From an uncultured Candidatus Rokubacteria bacterium (GTDB taxonomy: Bacteria > Methylomirabilota > Methylomirabilia > Rokubacteriales > DASRDR01): a DNA stretch of 64,000 bases. Made by a program: the position numbers and the translations under genes. How positions within the stretch are numbered: position 1 is the stretch's first letter; every line of letters starts with the position of its first letter. The notes under the pieces are model-generated. The model had not been told where the DNA came from and ran no database searches. It saw only the letters and a program-made list of their open reading frames with translations. Below are positions 21,202-30,565 of this stretch, piece by piece. The stretch lies in NCBI GenBank assembly GCA_963826115.1, contig CAWGVS010000006.1, positions 736,001 to 800,000 of the forward strand. The letters run 5' to 3'.

Positions 21202-22354
21202 ATGAAGATCGTCAGCCTGGACGCCATTCCCGTCAGCGTGCCGTACCGTCTGCGCGAGACCAGCGCGATCATCAACCGCGGCGGCGTGTCCGACGTGATC
21301 GTCAGGCTCGTCACCGACACCGGCCTGGTCGGGTGGGGCGAGGCCTGCAAGGCGACCGACACGCTGGCGCTCGAGCGCGGGGTTCGAGCGTGCGCGCCGC
21401 TCCTGGTGGGCCGCGACCCCTGGGAGCACGAGGCCATCCTGGCCGACATCTACAGGCGCGGCCTGTGGTACCTCCAGCCGATGTTCGGCAACTCGATCCT
21501 GGCCGGGATCGACATGGCGCTGTGGGACCTCTGCGGCAAGGACTGCGGCCAGCCGCTGTACCGAGATGCTCGGCGGCGCGCGCCGACCCTCGGTCAACTA
21601 CGCCCACTACGTCCGCTGGGACACGGATCCCGCGAACGTGGCCGAGCACGCGCGCGAGGGCGTCGAGCTCGGGTACTCCGTGTTCTACATGAAGGCGGGC
21701 GTCGACGAGGCGGTCGAGGAGCGGACCCTGGAGATGGTCCGCGGCGTGATCGGCCCCACGCGCAAGATCCGCATCGACTGCAACCAGGCGTGGTCGGTTC
21801 CGACCGCGATCCGGCTCATCAACCGGTGGCACCAGGCGTTCGACCTCGACTTCGTGGAGGCGCCGGTGCCGCACGAGCCGATCGAGAGCATGACCGACGT
21901 GCGCCGCGCCGTGACGGCGCCGCTGGCGGCGAACGAGGGCCTGTGGCGCGAGAGCGACGTCGTGCGCATGATCCGCGCGCGCTGCGCCGACTACCTGTGC
22001 TTCGGCCCGCACCTGGTGGGCTCGATCCGGCGCTTCGTCGCCCTCATGCATCTCGGCGACCTGGAGGGCATGCAGCTCTGCAAGCACAGCCGCGGCGAGC
22101 TCGGCATCTGCGCCTCGGCCGCGCACCAGGTGATGCTGGCGGCGCCGAACGCCTGCGCCGGACAGCAGCAGAACGCGCACCGGCTGAGCGACGACGTGGT
22201 CAGGGCGCGCATCCCGATCCGCGACGGGCCCGACTGGGGCCTCGTCGACACGCCCGGCATCGGCGTGGAGGTCGACGAGGACAAGGTTCGCGTCTACCAC
22301 GAGAACTTCCTGCGCCACGTCGACTTCACGCCGTTCGGCGACCAGAGGCGGTAG
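21202..22354 (+). CDS. Second mandelate racemase/MLE-family enzyme (indel ~21563)
   Basis: GLVGWGE, GIDMALWDL, RIDCNQAW, FVEAP, ANEG, PGIGVEVD. Confidence 0.88.
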
Positions 22355-22419
22355 CTCCACGGGGCCGCGACACCAGCTCGAGCCGGCGAGGGGGCGATCC
22401 CGCCGGATGCCAGGTCCCG

Positions 22420-23424
22420 TCAGCCCGCGCGCGGGGGGAGCGAGCGGCCGATCAGCGCGCGCTCCCGGACCGGCAGGTCGAGCGTGACCTCGGCGGGGAA
22501 CTGGTCGCTCGTGTCGGTGCAGGGCTGGTAGCGGACGCTCACCCGCACGACCTGGTCTCCGGCCCCCGGCGGCGCCGCGAACGTCAGCGACGCGACGCCG
22601 CGCAACGTGCCGGTGTGGACGGCGGACGGCGCGGGGCGTCCGCCGACTCGCAGGTGCCGGGGCAGCGGCCATGCCGCCGGCTCGACCGCCAGGCCGGCGA
22701 GCGGCGCGACGGCCAGGGCGAGACCCTCCGCGCCCCCGGGCGGCGGGGCCGCGTACACGTGGAGGCCTGCCGGGATCGCGACCTCGACGCCTAGTCGGAG
22801 CCGCTGGAAGAAGGCGAAGTCGGGCGCGTCGAGCCAGGCCCGGACCCGGACGCCCCCCGCCTCGACCCACCCGGTGTCAGGCGGTGTCTCGACCTCGTCC
22901 AGCATGTGCGCGAGCAGCCCGAGCCCGGTGTCACGCTCCCGATAGCTCGCGTGGAACCGCTTCCGGGCGACGACGCCGCGCGCATCGAGGAGGAACACGC
23001 CGGGATAGGGGACGCCCACGTGCCGGGGATTCGGCGCGATGCCGTACGCCGCATGGTCATCCTGGACCCGCTCGTTGAGCAGCCCGAGCGCGCGGATGAC
23101 GAGGCTGCCCTCGTCGGACAGGAGCGGATACCCGATGCCGTGCTCCGCGGCGAACGCCCGGAGCACCGCGGGCGCGTCGTAGCTGATCGCGAAGACGGCC
23201 ACGTCGTGCGCGGCGAGACGGGGCAGGATTCGCCGCAGCTCGACGAGCTGCGTCTTGCAGAAGGGTCACCAGTCGGCGCTGCGGTGGAAGACGACGAGCG
23301 CTCGGTGCGCCCCGCGGCGCTCGTGGAGGTCGACGGTCTCGCCGGACTGATCGGGCAGGCGCACGTCCGGGAACCGCTCTCCCTCGCGCGGGCCGATCGT
23401 CGTGAAGTCCCTAGGCGGTAGCAA
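22420..23424 (-). CDS. AhpC/TSA peroxiredoxin-like selenoprotein (UxxC) with C-terminal DsbD-alpha-like domain
   Basis: TTG start after GGAGG; GERFPDVRLPDQSG...VVFHRSADW-TGA(23266-23268)-PFCKTQL in frame with track ORF 22420..23202; YPLLSD, PYPG. Confidence 0.85.
23234..23252 (-). promoter_or_regulatory. Putative bacterial SECIS hairpin
   Basis: CGCAGCTC-GTC-GAGCTGCG perfect stem starting 13 nt after the UGA; loop begins with GU. Confidence 0.7.
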
Positions 23425-23818
23425 CGGTCACCCTCCCTCGATGCTCACGGTCAGGACGCCGATCAGGCTCGACCCGCCGCTCCAGCGACCGTCCAAGCTC
23501 GAGATGATCGGACGTCGCGCGGCCGGTGACCGGCCCATGGTACCCCAATCGTTCGCCGCACCTGCCGGGACTCGAACACTCGCCAGGCGGGACGACGCCG
23601 CGTGGCGGGCGCGTGCCAGGCTCGGTGGTCGGCACGTCGCCGGTGCCGTGCGTCCATGGCGTGCTCACGAGCCGATCGGTCCAGGCCGCACCGGCCGGCG
23701 GTCTTCCGGGCCAGCCTCCGGATCACCGGGAGCGGGAGGCGCACCGCGCTGGTGCGAGCCACCTCGGCGATGAGCGCACCGGTGGCGCGACTCCCGGGCC
23801 ATCGGGCCGGCGCCGCGC

Positions 23819-23965
23819 CTACCGCGCGCGCTTCCGCGCGTGCTTGAAGAACTGGACCTGGCGCTCGCGCTTCAGGGCCTCCTCGCGCGTGCGGTAGGGG
23901 CCGCCGAGCTTGCGCGAGCCGTCCCTCGAGTAGAGGACGTAACCCTTTGCCGTCTTCCGGATCAT
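23819..23965 (-). CDS. Small basic 48-aa protein (below the ORF-track cutoff)
   Basis: MIRKTAKGYVLYSRDGSRKLGGPYRTREEALKRERQVQFFKHARKRAR; GAAGG RBS, GC3-rich codons. Confidence 0.75.
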   Translation of the reverse strand: MIRKTAKGYVLYSRDGSRKLGGPYRTREEALKRERQVQFFKHARKRAR

Positions 23966-23993
23966 CGACGGCCTTCTGGCGCCTGGCCGTCGC

Positions 23994-24614
23994 TCACGCC
24001 GGCTCGAAGCGGCTGACCTCGATCCCCGACCCGACCGGGAGCAGCACGCTCGTGATCCCGGGCTTCGCGCGCACGGCCTCGCCGTAGCGCCGCACCGCGT
24101 CGCCTCCCGGGCGCAGCATGTTGTCGGCGACGACGATCGCGCCCGGATTGAGCCGGGGATAGAAGGCCTCGAGGCAGGGGACGTAGAGGTCCTTCCAGAG
24201 GTCGAGGAGCACGAAGTCCAGCCGGAACGGGAGGCGGGCGATCAGCTCCACCGCGTCGCCGACCTCGAAGTCGACGTGGTCGGCGAGGCCCGCCCGCGTC
24301 GCCATCTCGCGGGCGTAGGCCGACTTGTAGTCCCGGAGCTCCATCGTGGTCAGCCGGCCGCCGGACGCCCGGGCGGCGTCCGCCAGCCAGATGCCGGAGT
24401 ACCCGTAGGAGGTGCCGATCTCGAGGATCCGCGGCGCCGTCAGGCTGCGCGCGAGGATGTTGATCAGCCGGCCAGTGTCCGGCCCCACGGGGAGGAGATA
24501 GCGGTCGAGCCAGTCGTCCGGCTCACCCGGCGGCCGCGGCTCGTGGAGGCTCCGCTCCTCCTCGCGCATTCGCTCGTGGTAGACGTCGAGCACCGCCGAG
24601 ACCCTGGCGTCCAT
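23994..24614 (-). CDS. Class I SAM-dependent O-methyltransferase
   Basis: LEIGTSYGYS, GDA, FVLLD, VVADN. Confidence 0.92.
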   Translation of the reverse strand: MDARVSAVLDVYHERMREEERSLHEPRPPGEPDDWLDRYLLPVGPDTGRLINILARSLTAPRILEIGTSYGYSGIWLADAARASGGRLTTMELRDYKSAYAREMATRAGLADHVDFEVGDAVELIARLPFRLDFVLLDLWKDLYVPCLEAFYPRLNPGAIVVADNMLRPGGDAVRRYGEAVRAKPGITSVLLPVGSGIEVSRFEPA

Positions 24615-24630
24615 TCGGGCCCTCCGGGGA

Positions 24631-25665
24631 TCAGTACCCGCGCGCCCGGTCGAAGACGTTCCGGAGCGGCTCGCCTGCGAGATAGCGACGCAGGTTGTCG
24701 CAGAAGAGGTCGACCAGCCGGACGTTCTCGTCGAGCGCCGTGCTCATGCTGTGCGGCGTGACCAGGACGTTCGGCAGGTCCCACAGGGGGCTCCCGTCGG
24801 GCAGGGGCTCCTTCGCGAAGACGTCGAGCGCCGCGCCGCCGAGATGGCCCGACCGGAGCGCCTCGACGAGGGCGGTCTCGTCCACGAGCTGGCCGCGCCC
24901 GATGTTGATCAGGACGGCGCCGGGCTTCATCGCGGCGATCTCGGTCTTGCCGAGGAGGCCGGCCGTCTCGGGCGTGAACGGCACGATCAGGGTGACGTAG
25001 TCGCTCTCCTGGAGGAGCGTCCGGAGGCCGGACGGCGGGTACACCGCGTCGGCGTCGGGCGCTCCGGCCAAATCGCCGGCCGTCCGCCGGACGGCGAGAA
25101 CGCGGAGCCCCGCGGCGCGGGCGAGGCGCGCGATCGTGCGGCCCACGTGGCCGAATCCCACGATGCCGAGCGTCTTGCCGGGCAGCGTGTCGAGGGCGAA
25201 CCGCTCCCAGTGGTGGCGCCGCTGGTCGGCGAGGACGCGCGGCATGCGCTTCGCGAAGTAGAGCATCGCGAACAGGACGAACTCGGCGAGCGCGGTCGCG
25301 TGGAGCCCCGCCGCGTTGGTCACGACGATCGGCCGGTCGCCGAGCCCCATGTGCTCGACGATCTGCCCCACGCCGGAGCTCGAGAGCTGGATCCAGCGGA
25401 GCCGGGGCGCCTGGCGGGCGAGGTCTCGCTCGGTCGCGCGATCGAGGTCGAGCATGACCTCGGCCCCGGCGACCAGCGCGGTCCACTCGGCGGCCTGGGC
25501 GGGCGTCCGGGTCATCGGCGCCGTGTGATCGCCCGGATAGCGCGGGCGCCCGATGAGGTCGCCGCGATAGACGACGTCGAGGCGGGGATCGACCGCCCGG
25601 ATGCGGTCGACGAGCGGCGGCTCGAGCGCGGACGCGACGAGGACTCGGATCCGTGGCGCGGTCAT
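24631..25665 (-). CDS. D-2-hydroxyacid dehydrogenase
   Basis: GIVGFGHVG, INIGRG, LDVFAKEPL, TPH. Confidence 0.93.
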   Translation of the reverse strand: MTAPRIRVLVASALEPPLVDRIRAVDPRLDVVYRGDLIGRPRYPGDHTAPMTRTPAQAAEWTALVAGAEVMLDLDRATERDLARQAPRLRWIQLSSSGVGQIVEHMGLGDRPIVVTNAAGLHATALAEFVLFAMLYFAKRMPRVLADQRRHHWERFALDTLPGKTLGIVGFGHVGRTIARLARAAGLRVLAVRRTAGDLAGAPDADAVYPPSGLRTLLQESDYVTLIVPFTPETAGLLGKTEIAAMKPGAVLINIGRGQLVDETALVEALRSGHLGGAALDVFAKEPLPDGSPLWDLPNVLVTPHSMSTALDENVRLVDLFCDNLRRYLAGEPLRNVFDRARGY

Positions 25666-25679
25666 CGGAATGGCGTCCC

Positions 25680-26576
25680 TCACGTGAGCGAGGCGACCGG
25701 GCGCGCGGGTCGCGGCCGCGGCGGGCGGGCGAGTCGCGGGACGTCGCCGTCGAGCGTCGTCCGGTGCATGCGCCGGCGGTGGCGCGTCTCGTCGAACTCG
25801 GTGGCGCAGTGCTGGGTGCAGCGGTTGTCCCAGAGGACGGCGTCGCCCACGCGCCAGCGGTGGCGGTAGACGAACTCGGGGCGCGTGGCCCACTCCTGGA
25901 GGTAGCGGATCAGGTCCCGGCCCTCGCCCTCCGGCAGGCCCTCGACCTCGCAGGCCCAGCGTCCGATGTAGAGCGCGGTCCACCCCGAGCGCGGGTGCTC
26001 CCGCGCGATGGGATGCCACACGTCGGGACGCTGGGCCTTCTGCGCGTCGGTGAGCGGCGCCATGTGCGGGTAGTGGACGTGGTGGAGACGCACCCGGCTG
26101 AAGCACGCCCGCCGGTCGTCGATCACGCGGCGGACGTCCGCGGGCAGGGCGGCGAAGGCGGCGTAGGTGTCCGCGAAGAGCGTGTCGCCGCCCTCGGGCG
26201 GGACCTCGAGCGCGTGGAGGAAGGAGCCCGCGTTCGGGATCGCCTTGTCCTCGCCGTCCGAGTGCCAGCCCCACCCCGCGCGTCGGAGGCCGACGGGCTT
26301 GCCGTTCTCCTCGACGTTCGAGACGACGAAGACCTCCGGCCACTCGGGCAGGTTGAACTCGAGCGGCTCCATGACGTGGAGCGGGCCGAGGCGCCGGCTG
26401 AAGGCGACGTGCTGGGCGGGCGTCATCCGGAGGTCGCGGAAGAGCAGGATGCTGTGGCGGGTCCACGCCGCCTCGATCGCCGCCATCGTCCCCGCGTCGA
26501 GGTCCCGCGCGAGGTCGACGCCGACGACCTCGGCGCCGAAGCTCGGATGGAGCGGCCTGAGCTCGAGGGTCTTCAC
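25680..26576 (-). CDS. TauD/TfdA 2-oxoglutarate-dependent dioxygenase
   Basis: WHSD, GGDTLFAD, WDNRCTQH...R motifs. Confidence 0.93.
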   Translation of the reverse strand: MKTLELRPLHPSFGAEVVGVDLARDLDAGTMAAIEAAWTRHSILLFRDLRMTPAQHVAFSRRLGPLHVMEPLEFNLPEWPEVFVVSNVEENGKPVGLRRAGWGWHSDGEDKAIPNAGSFLHALEVPPEGGDTLFADTYAAFAALPADVRRVIDDRRACFSRVRLHHVHYPHMAPLTDAQKAQRPDVWHPIAREHPRSGWTALYIGRWACEVEGLPEGEGRDLIRYLQEWATRPEFVYRHRWRVGDAVLWDNRCTQHCATEFDETRHRRRMHRTTLDGDVPRLARPPRPRPARPVASLT

Positions 26577-26811
26577 GTGCTGCCAGCCTATCGCCCCGCG
26601 CGGCGCCGTCAACCCCTCGGGTCGACAGGGTTTCGACACGAGGCCCGGTCGCGTCGCCACGGCAGCGCGTCTCGATCGCGCGGTCGATGCGGCAGGACCG
26701 TGGCCGATCGCGCATCGACGGGGCTCTCGATCCGCGCGCAGCCGCCCGAGTCGCGTCCCGTCCCCGCAGCGCATGGAGACTTCGCATGCGGCGCGATCCG
26801 GAGCGGTTTGC

Positions 26812-26840
26812 TTGACTTCACCGGACCCGCTCACTATCGT
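26812..26840 (+). promoter_or_regulatory. Sigma70 promoter giving a leaderless transcript
   Basis: TTGACT-17 bp-TATCGT, with ATG at 26847. Confidence 0.7.
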
Positions 26841-26846
26841 GATGCC

Positions 26847-27350
26847 ATGCCGAACAGGCCGGCGCGGGCTCGCGCGTGGGCGTTGATGTTCAGCGCGGTC
26901 ACGTTGCTCCTCCTGCTGCTCGGCGCGCCACCGACGGTTTCGGCGCATCCCGGCCACGCCGTCGCGCCGGTCGCCGATGCCCCCTGGACCGTTCCGCTTC
27001 CGCCCATTCCCGAGCTGGCCCTCGCTCTCGGGCTCCTGGCGGTCGCGACGGTTGCGCGGCGGGCACGTGGGCCCCGGTGGCTCCCGGTGGTCCTGTCCCT
27101 GCTGCTTGTGATCCTGGCCTGCGAGACAGCCCTTCATTCGGCGCACCATCTGACCGATCCGCGCAAGGCGGAGCACTGCGTCGTCTACTCGGCGTCGCTC
27201 CACCTGGGCGGGCTCGAGGCCTTGCGCGCCACGCCCGAGCTCTCGCGGTCGGGCGCCTTCCTGGACGCCGGGCGCCTCCACGAAGGCCAGCCCTTCGCCC
27301 GGGCCCTCGCCGGCCCGTCGTCTCGCGCCCCGCCCGTCCTCCCCGCCTAG
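26847..27350 (+). CDS. Membrane/exported leader protein ending in a RAPP motif (DUF2946/CutF/CruR-like)
   Basis: Signal/TM segments, HPGH, HSAHH...HC, C-terminal GPSSRAPPVLPA. Confidence 0.7.
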   Translation: MPNRPARARAWALMFSAVTLLLLLLGAPPTVSAHPGHAVAPVADAPWTVPLPPIPELALALGLLAVATVARRARGPRWLPVVLSLLLVILACETALHSAHHLTDPRKAEHCVVYSASLHLGGLEALRATPELSRSGAFLDAGRLHEGQPFARALAGPSSRAPPVLPA

Positions 27351-27481
27351 CTCGTTCCCTCCGTTACTGGCTGACGTCCCGCTCGTCCGGATCCCGGTTC
27401 TGCCCGGGGGCCGGATACCCGGAACGTCCGAGTCCCGGGTCCCTCGACCCGGATGGCGTGCGATCGGAAGGGAGCCGGGGC

Positions 27482-28099
27482 ATGACCGGCGAGGTGCTGT
27501 GGGTGGCGTCGATGCGGCGTTCCGTCTGGCTCGGGTTCGTGGCCGCGAGCCTGGCCGCAGCTGCCGTGGTCTCGGCGGCCGGGCCGTTCAAGAGCGGCGT
27601 CCTCGAGCCGGCGCACCCGGCGCCCGACTTTGCGCTGCCGGCGTCCGACGGCTCGACCTTCCGTCTCCGTGATCAGCGCGGGCGGGCGGTGGTGCTCTTC
27701 TTCGGCTACACCTTCTGCCCCGACGTGTGCCCCCTGACGCTGTCCGAGATGGCGCAGGTCCGGAGCCAGCTCGCCGCGCGGGCCGCGCGGCTCCGGGTGG
27801 TGTTCATCACGGTGGACCCCGAGCGGGACACGGTCGAGCGGCTGCGCGCGTACGTCGGCGCGTTCGACCGCAGCTTCCTCGGGCTCACGGGGAACCCGGA
27901 TGCCCTGGCGCGCGTCCGGCAGGCCTACGGCGTGGTCGCCGAGAAGCGGACCGTCGCCGGCACGAAGGCCGCGTACCTCATCGACCACTCCGCGTTCGCG
28001 TACGTCATCGATCCCGAGGGCCGGCTCCGGCTGATGTTCCCCTTCGGGACGTCGATCGACGACATGACCCACGATCTGACGCTGCTGCTCGGAGGATGA
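27482..28099 (+). CDS. SCO1/SenC copper chaperone
   Basis: FFGYTFCPDVCP, ITVDPERDT, YLIDHS. Confidence 0.95.
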   Translation: MTGEVLWVASMRRSVWLGFVAASLAAAAVVSAAGPFKSGVLEPAHPAPDFALPASDGSTFRLRDQRGRAVVLFFGYTFCPDVCPLTLSEMAQVRSQLAARAARLRVVFITVDPERDTVERLRAYVGAFDRSFLGLTGNPDALARVRQAYGVVAEKRTVAGTKAAYLIDHSAFAYVIDPEGRLRLMFPFGTSIDDMTHDLTLLLGG

Positions 28100-28103
28100 C
28101 GCC

Positions 28104-28619
28104 ATGCGTGTCGCGATGCCGCTGGTCGGTTCACTCGCGGTCGCCCTGACGATCGTGGGGGGCGGAACCGCACTCGCCCAGTCCCCGCCGCCCGGGACGA
28201 GTCCGATCCAGCTGAGCCAGGCCTGGGCGCGCCGTGCGCCGATGATGGGCCAGCCCGGGTCCGGCCAGGGCTCGACGGGCTCCGGCCACGCGCACGGCCA
28301 GGCCGGTGGGTCCGGGAACGGGGCCGTGTACGTCCTGATCCAGAACCGGGGCCGCGAGGCCGACACGCTGCTCGGCGCGACCTCGGACGCCGCCACGACG
28401 GTCGAGCTCCACGAGACGCGTCAGGAGGGCGGGGTGATGCGGATGCGGCCGCTGCCGAAGATCGACGTTCCCGGCGGCGGGCGGATCGAGATGAAGCCGG
28501 GCGGTCAGCACATCATGCTCCTCGGGCTCACGCGGGACCTCCATCCCGGCGACAGGGTGACCGTGCGGCTCCGGTTCGAGAAGGCCGGCGAGCAGACCGT
28601 CGAGGCGGAGGTCCGCTAG
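28104..28619 (+). CDS. Copper chaperone PCu(A)C
   Basis: AWAR, GAVY, VELHE....GGVMRMR, PGGQHIML. Confidence 0.95.
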   Translation: MRVAMPLVGSLAVALTIVGGGTALAQSPPPGTSPIQLSQAWARRAPMMGQPGSGQGSTGSGHAHGQAGGSGNGAVYVLIQNRGREADTLLGATSDAATTVELHETRQEGGVMRMRPLPKIDVPGGGRIEMKPGGQHIMLLGLTRDLHPGDRVTVRLRFEKAGEQTVEAEVR

Positions 28620-28623
28620 GGTC

Positions 28624-29058
28624 GTGATGGGGCGCGGGCGTCGGCTCTGGATCGCCGCGGCCGTCGGGGCCGGACTCGTGACCCTGGCGATCGTGGGCTG
28701 GGCGGCGCTCGCGCCGCTGCCCGCGATGCCGCGGGAGCGCGTGTACGTGATTCCCCGGGGGACCGGGGCGCGACAGGCGGCCGGGCAGTTCGTCTCGCCC
28801 ATCCCGTCCCACATTCACCTCTGGGTCGGACTCCAGGACGTGCTGGTGCTCCGGAACGAGGACGACGTGCCGCAGTCGTTCGGGCCGATCCAGCTGCGCC
28901 CGCAGCAGACGTACCGGGTCCCCTTCCAGGTGCCCGCGACGTTCGACTTCGCCTGCTCGGCGCACGAGGACGGCCAGGTGGCGATCATCGTGGAACGCGC
29001 GCCTGTGCGGGCCTGGGAGCGCCTGCGCTGGCGACTCATCCGCCTGACCTACCAGTGA
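28624..29058 (+). CDS. Membrane-anchored cupredoxin-like hypothetical protein
   Basis: N-terminal TM, LVLRNED, FDFACSAH; lies in the copper operon. Confidence 0.6.
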   Translation: MMGRGRRLWIAAAVGAGLVTLAIVGWAALAPLPAMPRERVYVIPRGTGARQAAGQFVSPIPSHIHLWVGLQDVLVLRNEDDVPQSFGPIQLRPQQTYRVPFQVPATFDFACSAHEDGQVAIIVERAPVRAWERLRWRLIRLTYQ

Positions 29059-29951
29059 GCCGGGCTCCCGTGACGAGTCGATCGCAGGCCGAGCGTCGGA
29101 GGGGGCGATCGCGGGCCGGCGCGCTCCCCTCAGGGCCGCGACGCGCCTGGGAGCTCGTCGGGCTGGCCGCGGCCGGCGTCGCGGTGTCCGCCTATCTCAC
29201 GTGGACGAAGCTCAGCGGCGGGGCGCCCATCTGCGTGGGCAACGACGGGTGCGCGCTGGTCCAGGCGAGCCGGTTCGCCGTGTTCCTGTCCGTGCCCACG
29301 GCGGCCTGGGGCGTCGGGTTCTACGCGCTCGTCGGCCTGCTGGCGTGGCGCGGTCTCACCGCGCGCCGGTGGCGTCACCTGTTTCTCCTCGCCGTCGTCG
29401 GCGTCGCCTTCTCCGCCTACCTGACAGGGGCGGCAACCCTCTCGCTGCGAGCCGCGTGCGCGTGGTGTCTGATCTCGGCCGCGCTCGCGGTGTGCATTCT
29501 CGCGGACGTCTGGTGGCGGAGACACGTCGAGTTCGGCCCGCACGCCGCCTCGAGCTCGATGCGCGTCGTCGGCTGGGGCGCCGCCACCGCGGCGGTCACC
29601 ATCGGCGTCACGGCGTGGCTCTACGCGATGGCGCCGGAGGCCTGGGCGCCACGTCAGCTCGCGCTCGCCGCGCACCTCCGAGCCTCCGGCGCCGTCATGT
29701 ATGGCGCCTACTGGTGTCCGGTCTGCCGGGAGCAGAAGACGCAGTTCGGTCCCGCCGCGGACCAGCTGCCGTACGTCGAGTGCGATCCGTCCGGGCCGGG
29801 GGCCCGTCCGGAGCGGTGCGCGCGGGCGGGCGTCCAGGGCTATCCGACCTGGGTGATCGGCGGCCGTACGTACCCGGGCTTCCGGACGCTCGACGAGCTG
29901 GCCCGCCTCTCGGGCTTCGCGGGCTCGGTCACGGCGGCGCCGGGCGGATGA
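29055..29951 (+). CDS. VKOR-family protein fused to a thioredoxin-like domain
   Basis: C....GCALVQAS, CAWC, YGAYWCPVC, YVEC, GYPTW. Confidence 0.93.
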   Translation: MSRAPVTSRSQAERRRGRSRAGALPSGPRRAWELVGLAAAGVAVSAYLTWTKLSGGAPICVGNDGCALVQASRFAVFLSVPTAAWGVGFYALVGLLAWRGLTARRWRHLFLLAVVGVAFSAYLTGAATLSLRAACAWCLISAALAVCILADVWWRRHVEFGPHAASSSMRVVGWGAATAAVTIGVTAWLYAMAPEAWAPRQLALAAHLRASGAVMYGAYWCPVCREQKTQFGPAADQLPYVECDPSGPGARPERCARAGVQGYPTWVIGGRTYPGFRTLDELARLSGFAGSVTAAPGG

Positions 29952-30038
29952 GGTGGCCCGGTGACGCCGTCAGTACTGCCGACATCCGACGCGAGAAGAT
30001 CCGTCACTCCGCGCTACTGCATCCAGGAGGTCGGACGC

Positions 30039-30491
30039 ATGACGATGACCCATGATCCCGTCGTGGACCGGTCCGCGGTCGCTCCGCACCAGGCCCGTCC
30101 GAGCCTTCCGTTCCGCCTTCGGCGGGGATGGCTCGGTCTGGGGCCGGCTCTCCTGGCTCTCGGCCTCGTGCCCGGCCTCGCCTGGGGACATGCCGCCCTC
30201 GTGCGCTCGACGCCGGCGCAGCGGGCGATGCTCGCGCGCTCACCCGACCGCGTGCGGCTGTGGTTCAATGAGCCGCTCGAGGCCAAGTTCGCGACCGTGT
30301 CGGTGTGGGATGCCAAGGGGGGCCAGGTCGATCAGCAGGACGGCCTCGTGGGAGCGGACGATCCCAAGACGCTGTCCGTGGGCGTCCCTCTTCTCGGCCC
30401 CGGAACATACACCGTCAAGTACCGGGTGCTCTCGGTCGACGGTCACGTGGTGGAGGGCTCGTTCCGGTTCACCGTGCGGTCATCGCCGTGA
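30039..30491 (+). CDS. copC: Copper resistance protein CopC
   Basis: AWG/HAALVRSTP, LWFNEPLE, YRVLSVDGHVVEG. Confidence 0.92.
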   Translation: MTMTHDPVVDRSAVAPHQARPSLPFRLRRGWLGLGPALLALGLVPGLAWGHAALVRSTPAQRAMLARSPDRVRLWFNEPLEAKFATVSVWDAKGGQVDQQDGLVGADDPKTLSVGVPLLGPGTYTVKYRVLSVDGHVVEGSFRFTVRSSP

Positions 30492-30565
30492 GCGTGGCGC
30501 TCCGCTTGCGTCGGGCCGGGACTCGGCCCGGCGCGCCTCGAGGACGGATCGCTCGAGACAGGAGG

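Noticed and set aside
11642-22354. Programmed frameshifting or true pseudogenes in the catabolic locus
   Set aside because: No slippery heptamers seen, indels are scattered and sometimes compensating, and there are no nonsense codons; sequencing error is simpler
23430-23815. Possible small genes between the selenoprotein and the 48-aa gene
   Set aside because: No frame with convincing codon bias or motif; at most a decayed remnant
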